From NCBI GenBank assembly GCA_038087875.1, contig CM075988.1:3534001-3598000 (forward strand): a DNA stretch of 64,000 nt, given 5' to 3'. Shown piece by piece: positions 1-12,660 of the stretch. Within the stretch, counting starts at the first letter, position 1; the number at the start of each line of letters is the position of its first letter. The position numbers were made by a program, and so were the translations under genes. The stretch is from Malacoraja senta (taxonomy: Eukaryota). The notes below the pieces were generated by a model, which saw nothing but the letters and a program-made list of their open reading frames with translations, searched no databases and was not told the DNA's origin.

Positions 1-120
1 GTGGGAGAAGATGCCCTGAAACCTGGGCAATCAGCTCCACACGGTGGCGAGAGGCGGTGTTGCAGCTTCATCGCTTGTAGGCTGACGGTAGCTGGAGAAA
101 ACGGGAATAACAAGCAGGAA

Positions 121-1458
121 GGTACACAAAAATGCTGGAGAAACTCAGCGGGTGCAGCAGCATCTATGGAGCGAAGGAAATAGGCAACGTTTCGGGCAGG
201 AACCCTTCTTCAGACTGATAGGGGGTGGGGAGAAGAAAGGAAAAAAGGCGGAGGTGGAGCCCGAGGGCTGGGGGAGGGGAGGAGACAACCAGAGGGCTGA
301 TGAAGGGGAGGGGACAGCAAGGGCTAGCAGAATTGGGAGAATTCAATGTTCATGCCCCCAGGATGTAGACTGCCCAAGCGGAATATGAGGTGCATTTCCT
401 CCAATTTCCGGTGTTGCTCGCTGTGGCCATGGAGGAGACCCAGGACAGAGAGGTCAGATACGGAATGGGAGGGGGAGTTGAAGTGCTGAGCCACCGGGAG
501 GTCAGGTTGGTTATTGCGGACCGACCGGAGGTGTTCGGCGAAACAATCGCCAAGCCTCCGCTTGGTCTCACCGATGTAGATCAGCTGGCATCTAGAGCAG
601 CGGATGCAATAGATGAGGTTGGAGGAGATGCAGGTGAACCTCTGTCGCACCTGGAACGACTGCTTAGGTCCTTGAATGGAGTCGAGGGGGGAGGTGAAGG
701 GACAAGTGTTGCATCTCTTGCGGTTGCAAGGGAAAGTACCCGGGGAGGGGGTGGTACGGGAGGGAAGGGAAGAATTGACAAGGAAGTTACGGAGGGAGCG
801 GTCTTTGCGGAAGGCAGACATGGGGGGAGATGGGAAGATGTGGCGAGCGGTGGGGTCACGTTGGAGGTGGCGAAACTGACAGAGGATCACTTGTTGTATG
901 ACGGCTGGTGGGGTGAAAGGTGAGGACTAGGGGGACTCTGCCCTTGTTGTGAGTGGGGGGATGGGGAGAGAGAGCAGTGTTGCGGGGTATGGCAGAGACC
1001 CTGGTGCGAGCCTCATCTATGGTGGAGGAGGGGAACCCCCGTTCCCTGAAAAATGAGGACATTTCGGATGCCCTGGTGTGGAACGCCTCATCCTGGGAGC
1101 AGATGCGGCGTAGAGGGAGGAATTGGGAGTGGGGGATGGATTCGTTACAGGAAGCAGGGTGGGAAGAAGTGTAGTCCAGATAGCCATGGGAGTCGGTAGG
1201 TTTGTAGTGGATGTCGGTAAGAAGTCTATCACCTGCGATGGAGATAGTGAGGTCAAGGAATGGTAGGGAACTGTCGGAAATGGTCCAGGTGTATTTGAGT
1301 GCCGGATGGAAGTTGGTGGTGAAGCGGATGAAGTCAGTCAGTTGTGTGTGGGTGCAGGAGGTGGCACCAAAGTAGTCATCGATATAGCGGAGGTAGAGGT
1401 CGGGGATAGGGCCCTGGTACGCATTGAACAAGGATTATTCTACGTACCCGACTAAGAG
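121..1458 (-). mobile_element. Penelope-like retroelement, 5'-truncated: RT C-terminal half, GIY-YIG endonuclease and 3' pLTR
   Basis: ORF 856-1431 has LRYIDD, FLDL and KPTDSHGYL RT motifs. ORF 324-890 has a CxxxxCxxC linker and NLIYCIRC...YIGET..RL...EH (GIY-YIG). There is a frameshift near 880 and a possible 7-bp TSD gcaggaa (114-120 / 1459-1465). Confidence 0.93.
184..215 (-). ncRNA. Minimal type I hammerhead ribozyme motif in the Penelope pLTR
   Basis: Minus strand reads GU-CUGAAGA-A-GGGU-UCCU-GCCC-GAAA-C-GUU-GC: conserved core boxes, stem II, and a loopless palindromic stem III (AACGUU) of the type described for PLE hammerheads. Confidence 0.8.
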
Positions 1459-1469
1459 GCAGGAATGTC

Positions 1470-1600
1470 GGATAGTGTTCTGGGTCCGTCAGCTCCTGGG
1501 AGAGTGCGTGGTGGGGTGGTGTCTGTGGGCAGAGGAGGATCTCAGCCTGCTTTTCTCACAGGTTGGCAGACATGGCTTATCCAGCAGTCCACTTCTGTCT
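1470..1600 (-). mobile_element. Old RTE-clade LINE fragment
   Basis: Degenerate minus-strand similarity to the RTE RT region (REGLW...LRLLH...TDP-like); collinear with the other RTE pieces. Confidence 0.4.
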
Positions 1601-1608
1601 GATTTTTT

Positions 1609-1900
1609 AGTTTAGTTTAGAGATACAGCGCGGAAACAGGCCCATCGGCCCATCGAGTCCATACCGACCTGTGATCCCCGCACACTAACACTATCCTGCA
1701 CCCACGAGGCACAATTTACAACTATACCAAACCTATTATCCTCCAAACCTGTACGTCTTTGGGGTGTTGGAAGAAACCAAAGATTTCGGAGAAAAGCCAC
1801 GCAGTCATGGGGAGAGCGTACAGACAGCAGCCGTATTCAGGATCGAACCCGGGTCTCTGGCGCTGTGAGGCAGCAACTCTACCGCTGCGCCACCATGCCG
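1609..1900 (-). mobile_element. tRNA-derived SINE (HE1/V-SINE-like)
   Basis: A box TGGCGCAGCGG, B box GGTTCGATCC, conserved body GGTTTCTTCCAACACCCCAAAGAC, CR1-like tail and (CTAAA)n. Confidence 0.88.
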
Positions 1901-2044
1901 CCCTGGAACAGGTGGCTAAGTCGGGCAGATGGTTGGACCACAGTAGTGTCACGGGTCATGGGAACTAGACGTGACCATGACCTTACTGGATGACAGACCA
2001 GGCTCGATGGGCCGATTGGCTTCCACCCTTTATCTTCTAAAAAC

Positions 2045-2410
2045 GGGGTGGCACGGTGACGCAGCGGTTGAGTTGCTGCCTTACAGCGCCAGAGATCCGG
2101 GTTTGATCCTGACTACGGGTGCTGGCTGTGCGGAGTTTGTACGTTCTCCCCGTGACCACGTGGGTTTTCTCTGGGTGCCCCGGTTTCCTCCCACACTCCA
2201 AAGATGAGCAAGTTTGTAGGTTAATTGGCTTTCGTATGAATTGGAAATTGTCCCTTGTGTATAGGATAGTGCTAGTGTACAGGATGACCACTGGTCAGCA
2301 TGGGCTCAGTGGGCCGAAGGGCCTGTTTCCGCATTAAATTACATTAAACTAAATCAAACCAATCTAAACTGAACTAATCTAAACTGAACTAAATTAAACT
2401 AAACTAAACA
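2045..2410 (+). mobile_element. tRNA-derived SINE (HE1/V-SINE-like)
   Basis: A/B boxes, GGTTTCCTCCCACACTCCAAAGA core, GGGCCGAAGGGCCTGTTTCC tail, (AAACT)n. Confidence 0.88.
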
Positions 2411-2835
2411 ATATAAGGAACTGCAGATGCTGGTTTACAATAGACAACACAAAGCGCTGGAGTAACTCAGCAGGTCAGGCAGCATGTTTGGAGAATGTGG
2501 ATAGGTTATGGTTCAGGTTTGGACCCTTCAAACTCAGCATGAGTTCAGACTCAGCATGAATAGGTGACATTTGGGCCAAGACCTAATATCTTCTGGTAGA
2601 CACATGATGCAGGAGCAACTCAACGGGACAGGGATGTCAATAGATTGGAGATGGTGCAGTGGAGATTTACCGAGTCTGGAGGCTGTCGTTACTCGCTGTC
2701 AGTGGGCTATTTCTATGGTCTTTGCACTAATTGGGGATTGTGCTTTGGTTTGGCAATACTTCACGGAACTGTACGCAAAAAAAGTTCACTGTACATTTGT
2801 ACATGTGACAATGTATGGAGCACGGTGACAATGCA

Positions 2836-3125
2836 TGGTGGCGCAGCGGTAGAGTTGCTGCCTTACAGCACTTGCAGCGCCAGAGACCCGAGTTCGATCC
2901 TGATCATGGCCGCTGTCTGCTTTCGCCCCGTGACCGCATAGATTTCCCCCGAGAATCTTCGGTTTCCTCCCACACTCCAAGGACACTCCAATTGGCTTTG
3001 CATAAGTGACAAATTGTCCCTAGTGTGTGTAGGATAGTGTTGATGTGCAGGGATCGCTGGTTGGTGCGAACGCGGTGGGGCGAAGGGCCTGTTTCCGCAC
3101 TGCATCTCCAAACTAAACTAAACTT
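2836..3125 (+). mobile_element. tRNA-derived SINE (HE1/V-SINE-like)
   Basis: Same head, core and tail as the other copies. Confidence 0.85.
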
Positions 3126-3209
3126 AGAAATTAAATAACCATTGAGCCATTAATCTCTAAACTAAACTCAAGTTATCTCACAATGATATCTATTGGAAGG
3201 GCAGGTACA

Positions 3210-3785
3210 TTTGGGCACCGTGTTATATTAAACATGTTGTCAAGCTGGAAAGGGCACGGAGTGGATTTATGAAGGCCTGAGCTAGGAGAGGTTGAGTTGG
3301 CTAAGACTATTCCTTGGAGGCAGGAAGATGAGGTGATAAGATCACCCATAGAGGTCTCTAGCCCAGAGTAGGGGATTGGAGAACCTGATGACCAAGGTTT
3401 AAAGTGAGGGGGGAAAGAATTACTAGGAACCTGAAGGGTAACATTTTCACACAAAGGTTGCTAGGTGTATGGAGCAAGCTGCCGGAGGAGGTAGTTGAGG
3501 CAGGGACTATCACACCATTTAAGAAACATTTAGACAGGTACATGGATAGGACAGGTTTGGAGGGATATGGGGCAAACACAGGCAGATGGGACATGTTGGT
3601 CGGTGGGCAAGTTGGACCGAAGGGCCTGTTTCCCCACTGTATCACTCTATGACATGGATTGGAAAGGTTTAGAGGGATACTGTGCAAGCATAGGCAGGTG
3701 GGACGAGCTGAGGAAGAAACCTTTTGTTGGCGTGGGTGAGTTGGGTCAAAGGGGCTGTTTTGGTGCAGTAGGACTCTATGATGAA
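3210..3785 (+). mobile_element. CR1 LINE 3' fragment
   Basis: Encodes FTQR..GVWSKLPEEVVEAGTITPFKKHLDRYM and ends in a (CTCTATGA)-type tail. Confidence 0.88.
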
Positions 3786-3789
3786 GGCC

Positions 3790-4390
3790 ATTTGCACTCT
3801 GTCTAGATGGTGTCCATGCTGCCATGTTGGGAGGACACAGTCAGATCCATTGGGGACTGTGTAGGAAGGAACTGCAGATGCCGGATTAAATCGAAGATAG
3901 ACGTAAAACGCTGGAGCAACTCAGCGGGTAATGCAGCATCTCTAGAGAGAAGGAATGGGTGACGTTTCCGGTCGAGAACTGAAGAATTCTTCTGCAGGAA
4001 GAATTTTGAGTCTATCCACTCGGGGGCAGTGGTTGAGGAGGACGAGGGCAATGGGTTTCTGTGTGGTGGGCAGCAGAGGGACATCTCCAGAGTTACTGCA
4101 GTCAGGCATGTCTCCTCTCCTCTCCTGAGGTGGCTCATGGTTACTGATCCTTGGGATACCCTTCTCTTCCCAGACGTAGGGAGAGATTTGAGATTGACTC
4201 TCTTGACAACCAGTTTACAAACTTTACCGGGGATGCTGCCTGCTCCTGAGGCCCTGTTATTGCTCTTGTTCCGGATGGCCTTTCTGACTACAAGTGGTGG
4301 CAAAACTACCCGGGCTGGGCTGCCGTGGGCTGGAACAAGGGCACGTCCATCAAGGATGGGGTTGTGGTTAAGGAGATCTTCAATGTAAGA
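3790..4390 (-). mobile_element. Old RTE-clade LINE fragment, split by a hammerhead mini-element at about 3858-3985
   Basis: EDLLN...VRKAIRNKSNNRASGAGSIPGKVCK and, in another frame, GDMPDCSNSGDVPLLPTTQKPIALVLLN, resembling the RTE KAIxxLKNNKASGxDGIP and GDxxDCxNYRGISLL motifs. Confidence 0.7.
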
Positions 4391-4605
4391 TACAGACACA
4401 AGTTTAGACACAAGCTGCTGGGGTAATGCAATGGGTCGGGCAGTATCTGTGGAGAAAATGGATAGGTGACGTTCCAGGATGGGACCCTTCTTCAGACTGA
4501 AGAAACCTCACCTATCCATTTTCTGCAGTGATGTTGCCTGACCCACTGAGTTGCTCCAGCTTTTTGTGTCGATCTTTGGTATAAACCAGCATCAGCAGTT
4601 CTTTT
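4387..4605. mobile_element. Palindromic Penelope-pLTR/hammerhead mini-element
   Basis: Inverted arms meeting at cttcttcagactgaagaa. Confidence 0.75.
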
Positions 4606-4685
4606 ATATTACATGCGATCTCTAATGTGTTCCTTCTACTGTAGTTGCTGTGGACTGCCCTCTTGAAGCTCATTCTGTTCTTGGT

Positions 4686-4874
4686 TAAGAAAGAACTGCA
4701 GATGCTGGAAAAATCAAAGATAGACAAAAATGCTGGAGAAACTCAGCAGGTGAGGCAGCATCTATGGAGCGAAGGAATAGGTGTCGTTTCGGGTTGAGAC
4801 CCTTATGTCACATATTTCCTTCGCTCCATAGATGCTGCCTCACCTGCTGAGTTTCCCCAGCATTTTTGTCTACC
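4686..4874. mobile_element. Palindromic Penelope-pLTR/hammerhead mini-element with 11-bp TSD
   Basis: Inverted arms closely related to pLTR 121-215; direct repeat ctgttcttggt at 4675-4685 and 4875-4885. Confidence 0.85.
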
Positions 4875-5065
4875 CTGTTCTTGGTGGTCAGTATAGTAGG
4901 GGCGAAACTTCCGGGTTGAACATGGAATGAACAGCTATGTGTGAGCGTGGCTCCCGATTTCTGCTCAAGTCTACTTGTTTATCTTTGTCATATTCTTGAG
5001 ATAACCCACTATTGAACACGATGAAGGACTCGAGGCAGTATTAAGCACCTGATACAATAAGCCAA

Positions 5066-5944
5066 ATGAGCCGTCGAGCTAAAACCGGGGGAAAAGGCAG
5101 TGAAGTCTCAAGCAAGAGAGCTGCAGCTTTGGCACCGCTGCCTGAAGCTGGGCTTGAACTACCAGAGGATCTGGAGAGGCTTCGTTCAGCACTCCTTGCC
5201 GATATGACACAAGCGGTTAACTCTGTCCTAAAAAGAGAACTTGAAGTGGCTTTGTCGCCGGTGAACACCAGTCTGGAACAATTTAAATCCTATTACGAGA
5301 CGCACGATGAACGCATTCGTGAGGTTGAAGGCGGCCTGAATGACCACAGTGACAGACTGGTGAGCGCTGAAACTGCCATAGCTACATTACAGAGTGAAAA
5401 CGCACTCCTGAGAGTGAAGCTAGATGACCTCGAGAACCAGTCGCGGAGATCCAACCTAAGGGTGATTGGGACTCCCGAAAAGTTGGAGGGTTCGGACCCT
5501 GTTAAATTTATGACTGAGTTTTTTGAAGAAGTGTTGGTGGCTGATTTCTTCCCAATACCTCTTATGCTTTCGCGTGCCCACCAAATTGGACCTACATGAA
5601 CCAACGTCCCGAATATCAAGCCATCTAAGCCACGAGTGTTCCTGGTTCTCTTTCATTACTTCCAGGATATACATCGTATCATCACCAAACGGAGGCAGGA
5701 GCTGTCCTTCCGAGGGCACCGGGTGTTTTTTCATGAGGATTTCAATGCGGAGCTGGGGAGAAAACGTGCAACTTCTAGGGAAATAAAATCCCTGCTCTAT
5801 GAGAAAGGGGTTCGGTTTGGCCTCCTGTATCCTGCCCAGCTCCAGGTCACTCATGAAGGTAAAAACCACTACTTCAATACACCAGAGGCTGCCAAAAGGT
5901 TTTACTACTCGCGCTGGGGAGGTGACGGCCGTGAAGAACAATGA
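5066..5944 (+). pseudogene. L1 ORF1 (coiled coil, RRM, CTD), disrupted near 5600
   Basis: LDDLENQSRRSNLRVIGTPE, RAHQIG, FFHEDF, FGLLYPAQLQVT motifs. Confidence 0.9.
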
Positions 5945-6112
5945 CCTTTTAGGATATCCACGCGGCATTGGCAAGGCCTCCTGCGGCGGTAAACTGTTAA
6001 TCTTTGTAAGATTTAATTTGTGGAAATGTAAATGTCTATAATTGCTCTCTGGGATAAAAATTTTACTTCATTCCTTCTCGTAACGTTTTGCTTGTCTGGG
6101 GTTATCTTTAGC

Positions 6113-6144
<32 letters not shown>

Positions 6145-6159
6145 ATATCTATATTTAAA

Positions 6160-6243
<84 letters not shown>

Positions 6244-6697
6244 TATTACACGGTTCGACACAACTCATAAAGTCTCATTGTATGCGGATGACCTGCTCCT
6301 GTACATCGCGAACCCAGTCAGTTTTCTCCCTGTGATTATGAATATTTTAGAACGGTTTGGTGCACATTCTGGTTATAAACTTAACTACCAAAAGAGTGAG
6401 CTAGTACCGATTAACTTACCGGCTAAGCAGCTCCCTCGCTCTTTAACCTCATTCAAAAGGGCAGAGGATGGGTTTCGCTATCTCGGCGTTTTTATCACAA
6501 TACCCTTATCTGATATGTTCCGCACAAACTTTTTGCCTCTGGTTGAGAAAGCCGAAAAAGATTTTGATCGCTGGTCAGTCTTACCTCTATCCCTCGTGGG
6601 CCGGATAAATCTGGTTAAGATGGTTGTCCTACCCAAATTCCTCTATCTTTTCCAGCATGTCCCCATACTTATCACCAAATCTTTTTTTGACAAATTA

Positions 6698-7263
6698 TTA
6701 TTATTATTTTTTTTTTTTTTTTTTTTTTTTTAATTTTTATTTATTAGAAGTACATTACATTACAACCACATACATTAATACTCGTCATTTATATCATCTT
6801 ACAATTAATGTACTCCCTTTATTTATTTTTTTACACTAGAGAAAGAAAAGATTGAAAGAGAGAAGAAAGTGAAGGAAAAAGTGCAAGTGTAGAAAAGTGT
6901 AGAAAATGTAACAACAAAAAAGGACGAAGACCCTATAAGAGCGAAATTAAAAACAAAAAGAAAAAGAGTTAAGAAATAGGCCCTAAGAAAAGAAAAGAGA
7001 AAGAGAAAAAAAAGAGAAACAAATGTTTTTTTTTTTTGAGCATCACGTAAATAGGACATACCAACTCTTCAACTATCATCCCCCCTTACCCGACCTCAAT
7101 TTTTTATTTTTTTTTAAAGTACTTTTTCACCCTATGTTTGTAATAATTCTATAAATGCAGACCACGTCAGGTGGAAGTGATCTGGTTTACCTGCTAGGAG
7201 GAGTCTTATCTCTTCAAGGTGTAATGTTTCAAACATATTTGAAATCCACATATTTATAGTTGG
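6698..7263 (-). mobile_element. Short 5'-truncated AT-rich L1 (ORF2 C-terminus, 3' UTR, poly(A))
   Basis: Minus strand encodes PTINMWISNMFETLHLEEIRLLLAGKPDHFHLTWSAFIELLQT*; poly(T) at the left; TSD ttttttgacaaatta at 6683-6697 and 7264-7278. Confidence 0.92.
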
Positions 7264-8491
7264 TTTTTTGACAAATTAGAAAGGACAATATCTAAATTCT
7301 TATGGGGTAGCAAACCGGTCAGAATCCGAAAGGCGATACTGCAGTCGCCTAAGAGTGATGGCGGTTTGGCCCTCCCTGATTTTAGGCGATACTACTGGGC
7401 AGCTAACTTGCAAAAACTCCTGTATTGGATGAATGATGATTGCGAGCACCCACCGATCTGGGTATATATGGAAAAGGCGAGTTCACATCTCCCATTGCGG
7501 TCTGTCCTATGCTCCCAACTCCCCCTTTCTATAACATCTGTGGGTGCAGGCCCAATTGTGTCCCTTTCGCTCAAGATATGGAGTCAATTTAGGAAAAACC
7601 TCGGTTTACAGGGTCCTTCCATCTTGACCCCACTGCTTAAAAATCACATTTTTAAACCTTCAAGTATAGACCACGCATTTAAAACCTGGCATAGTAATGG
7701 CATCAGTAGTATTAAAAACCTATATAAGGATGGTATCTTCTCATCTTTCACGGAGCTCTCGTCTAACTGCAACCTCCCAACCACCTTTTTCGGTTTTTCC
7801 AGATTAGGGATTTTGCGAAGAAGACATTTCCCTACTTCCCAAATCGCCCTCCTGAAACCCTGACTGATATCATCTTAGCTTTAGACCCCAATCGGAAGAA
7901 ATGCATCTCTATTTTGTATAACTTGCTAGGGATGGTTTTATTGAAACCTCATACCTCATTAAAAGCTGCGTGGGAGGGAGAGCTGAATACGCAATTAACA
8001 GACCAGCAATGGGACTCTGCCTTGGATTTGATCCACTCTTCTTCCATATGCGCTCGTCATGGCCTAATCCAATGCAAAGTCCTTTACAAAGTCCACTATA
8101 CAAATGCAAGATTATCTAGAATGTACCCAGCTGTTAATGACACCTGTAACAGATGTTGTCAATCTCCTGCCAACCATAGCCATATGTTTTGGTCTTGCCC
8201 TAAGCTAGCAGCCTTTTGGAGGAGTGCTTTTGAATTGATAAGCAGAGCTTACGACCAGACTATTCTTCCAAATCCAATGTCAGCCATTTTCGGTACCCCT
8301 CCCAATACCAACCTCTCTGTTGCGGTGAAACGGGTCCTAGCTTTTACAACCTTGTTAGCCCGGAGACTGATCTTGCTTAGTTGGAGGCTCACCTGTCCCC
8401 CGACACACGCCCGTTGGATTAAGGAGGTGCTTTACAATCTGAAACTTGAAAAACTTAGGTTCTCTCTCAAAGGCTCTACCAAGACATTCCT

Positions 8492-11400
8492 TTTTTTTAT
8501 TTTTTTTTTTATTTTTTTTTATTTTTTAGAAGTACGGTAGATTACAGTAATGTACAACACGTATATATTAATACATTTTTTGTACCGCTTCACTTTTTTA
8601 AACTTTAAGAAAGAAAAAGAAAGAAGTAAGAAAAGTGAAGAAAGTGCGCAAAGGTTGTGAAGTGCAAAAGAGTGTTGGGAAAAGAAAGCCCCTTAGAAAA
8701 GAAGTTAGAGAAGGAAGTAAAGTTAGAAAATAGACCCTAGAAAAAAAAAGAGAAAGAAAGAAGGAACAATCGCTCTATTATAACTCTTATACCATACTTC
8801 ATAGAGAAGGAACTACCAACCAAGTCTGTTTTTATTTTACCTCCCATTACCAGGTCCAGATACCTTTTATTTATTTATTTGTTTTTCTAAATTACTATTG
8901 CACCTCATGCTTGTAATAGGTCCAAAAACGTAGACCACGTCTTTTGAAATTGATCTACTTTGCCTACTAGGAGGAATCTCATCTCTTCCAGATGTAATGT
9001 TTCCAACATATTTGATGTCCACATTTTTATTGTTGGTGTGGGCGCATTTTTCCAGAATTTAAGTATAAGCTTTTTTCCCATTATTAGCCCATAATTGAGT
9101 AAATTCTTCTGATACACGTTTAATTCAGGAATACCTTCCGATATTCCAAAAATAATCCATTCTGGTTTTGGTACCAGTTTTATTTTGATTAATTTTGAAA
9201 AAATATCAAATATTTCAAACCAGAATTTTTGGATTTTTGTACAAAAAACAAAAGAATGTGCTATGGTAGCTTCTTGACATATACATTTATCACAGATTGG
9301 TGAGACGTTAGGAAAGATTTTATTTAGTTTGGTTTTTGAATAATATAATCTATGTAATGTTTTAAATTGGATAAGCGTATGTCGTACGTTGATCGAGCAT
9401 TTATGCACCTGTAATAAATGATTATCCCAACTCTCTTTTGAAATTTTTATACCTAGATCTTGTTCCCAATCTCTTCTAATTCCATCTGTTGTGGGTATTT
9501 CTATATTTAAGATGATATTATATAAGTATGATATTAAATTAACTGATTCCGCCTTTGTCTTCATTGCTTCATCTAGTAAGTCGGAAGGCATATTATAATA
9601 ATCTTTTGTGTGTGTTTTCAAATAGTCACAGATTTGTAGATATTTAAAATAATGATTATTTTTCAAATTATATTTCAGTTGTAGTTGTTGGAATGATAGT
9701 AATTTTTCTAATTCATACAGATCTTCGAGCGTTTTAATTCCCATTCTTTCCCATTGTATAAATGCTTTATCTATGATTGAAGGTTTAAACGATGGGTTAT
9801 TGACTATTGGTATTAAGAGAGATAGGTTTCTTAATTTTAGATTCTGTTTTATTTGCTTCCATGTTCTAATAGTGCTATATATAATTGGATTTTTATTATA
9901 ATTTTTATTATTCAAATTTATTGGAGAGAGAATAATCGCTCCTATATTATTCGGGGAGCAATCCCCTTTTTCCATTATAATCCAGTCCACCTGCTGGGCA
10001 GAATTGTCCAGCAGGTGAATCATATTTTTAATATTTACTGCCCAGTTATAATACATAAAGTTAGGGAGCGCTAGACCCCCCAACTCTTTTCGTTTGTTAA
10101 GGTGTGTTCTTTGTATTCTGTGGGATTTGTAATCCCATATAAAATTTGTAATGTCTGAGTCCAGTTTTTTGAAAAACTTTTTTGGGAGATATATAGGTAT
10201 TGATTGAAATAGGTAAAGGATTTGTGGTAAGAAAATCATTTTTATAGCATTTATCCTACCTATTAAGGACATCGGAAGTGTTTTCCAAAATTTAATCAGA
10301 TTATTTAATTTCTTAAGTAGGGGATTATAATTAGCTTTAAACATATCATGGTAATTTCTAGTAATCTCAATTCCTAAATATTTGAATTTTTCCATAGCTA
10401 TTTTAAAAGGGAATTTCCTGAGATGTGTTGAGTCTTTTGGTTTAATCGACATAATTTCACTTTTGTTCCAATTTATTCTATATCCTGAAAAGGATCCAAA
10501 GTCCTCAATTAAGTTTAATATATTTGGTATACTAATTTGTGGTTTTGTGATGTACAGTAGTACATCATCAGCATATAGGGATAGTTTGTTGTTTGAATAT
10601 TTTGTGTTATAACCGTGAATATTCGAGTGTGTTCTTATTTTTTCAGCAAGGGGTTCAATTACCAAAGCAAATAACAGCGGTGATAGTGAACATCCTTGTC
10701 TGTTGCCCCTAGATAATTCGAATTTTGAAGATAATATATTATTAGTTAGTATTCTAGCCGTAGGTTTGTTATATAGTAGTTTTATCCATGCAATAAAGTT
10801 TTCTCCCAATTGGAATTTTTGCAATACTTTGATCATATAGTCCCATTCTACTTGATCAAACGCTTTTTCTGCGTCCAGTGAGATGATAGCTAACTCTTGG
10901 TCATAAGATTTATGTGAATGCATTATGTTAAGCAAACGTCTCAAATTATTAAATGAGTGTCTCTTAGGTATAAATCCTGTTTGATCCTCATGTATTAGTC
11001 TACTAACATACTTGCTTAATCTATTGGCTAATGTTTTTGCTATTATTTTCTGATCCGTATTTAACAAAGCAATAGCTCTATATGATCCTGGTTCTTCTAT
11101 ATTTTTATCTTTTTTAAGTATTAATATGATCGTTGATTCCGCTAGTGTTTCAGGTAGGTTTTGCTCTTTATAAGCATATGTATACATTTTTTGTAATCGT
11201 GGAGTAACTATATCATAAAAAGATTTATAAAATTCATTACTGAATCCGTCTGGTCCTGGTGTTTTTCCATTTTTTAGTGTTTTTATTGTGTCTTCTATCT
11301 CCTTAGAAGTAATTTGTGCTCCCAGTTCCTCTTGTTCCCTGCGTTCTAATTGTGGTAGATTACAATTATCTAAAAATTCTGAGATTTTATTATTGTCTAT

Positions 11401-12660
11401 TGACGTTTTAGATGTGTATAGATTCTGGTAAAATTGAGCAAATCTTTTATTAATATCCTTGGGTAGTGTTAATACTTCCCCTCTATCTGATTTAATCTTT
11501 AATATTGCATTCTCTTTTTCCCGTTTTTTAAGTTGTCGTGCTAGAAGTTTGTGGGGTTTGTCCCCGAATTCGAAGTGTTCTTGTTTTGTGATTTGAAATA
11601 ATGTTATAACTTTCTCTGACAGTAATTTATTTAACTGAAATTTCAGTAGTAGTATTTTATTATGTTTATCCATAGTTGGGTCTTTAGCATTATCTATATC
11701 TAACTGTTTTATTTGATCTTCTAAGTGTCTTTGTTCATTCTTATTCTTTTTATTTTGATAAGCTTGAAATGAAATAATGACTCCTCTTATAAATGCTTTG
11801 AAGGATTCCCATAATAACGTGGGGGATATCTCTGGTGTATCATTTAACTCAAAAAATAGATCCATCTGTTTTTTTAGATAGATACTCCCTTGAGGGTCTT
11901 TTAAAATTTGTGAGTTAAACCTCCAGAACGGTTTATTCATAGACATTCCTTCTAGTTTTAGAACAAAAGTTAACGGAGAATGATCTGAGATCGCATTAAT
12001 ATGATATTTAGGATTCAGAGATTGCGAAATTAATTTTGTATCCACAAGAAAATAGTCTATCCGTGAATATGTTTTATGCACCATTGAATAAAACGAGTAA
12101 TCCCTTCCCGTCGGGTTTGCAATCCTCCATACATCTGTTATATTTGTGTTTTCCATATATGTGTGTAAGAGTTCACTGGTTTTAGATTTCGTCTGACCTT
12201 TTTGTTTTTGCATCGATTTATCTAAATAAGGATCTAAAACACAATTAAAATCTCCTCCGATTATAACATTTTGATAATTAGATTCTGCAATTATATTCAG
12301 AATTTTATTAAAAAATTGAGGGTTATCAAAGTTGGGCGCATATATGTTTACCAGCGTAATTGGCATATTATTGATCTCCCCTGCTACTATAAGATATCTC
12401 CCTTCCTTATCTACTATAGTGTTCTTTGATTTAAATGGAATTCCTTTACGAATAATAATTGCAGTACCTCTAGATTTGGAGGTAAATGAAGAGTGAAATG
12501 TTTGGCCTATCCAGTTCGCCCTCAGTCTTGTCTGATCTTGCTGTTTAAGATGTGTTTCCTGTAGAAACGCAATGTCCGTGTTGTATGATTTCAACTGAGC
12601 TAGTATCTTGCCCCTTTTAATAGGTTCATTAATCCCCCTTATATTCCAACTACATATTCC
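8492..12660 (-). mobile_element. Young AT-rich L1, truncated at the very start of ORF2, flanked by a 234-bp direct duplication
   Basis: Patterned poly(T) tail from 8492; uninterrupted ORF2; 8258-8491 equals 12661-12894. Confidence 0.95.

Noticed and set aside
2045..2120. tRNA genes at SINE heads
   Set aside because: A/B boxes are always followed by SINE body and tail; no complete cloverleaf.
3803..4411. 202-aa ORF as a host gene
   Set aside because: Chimera of a decayed RTE and a pLTR insert.
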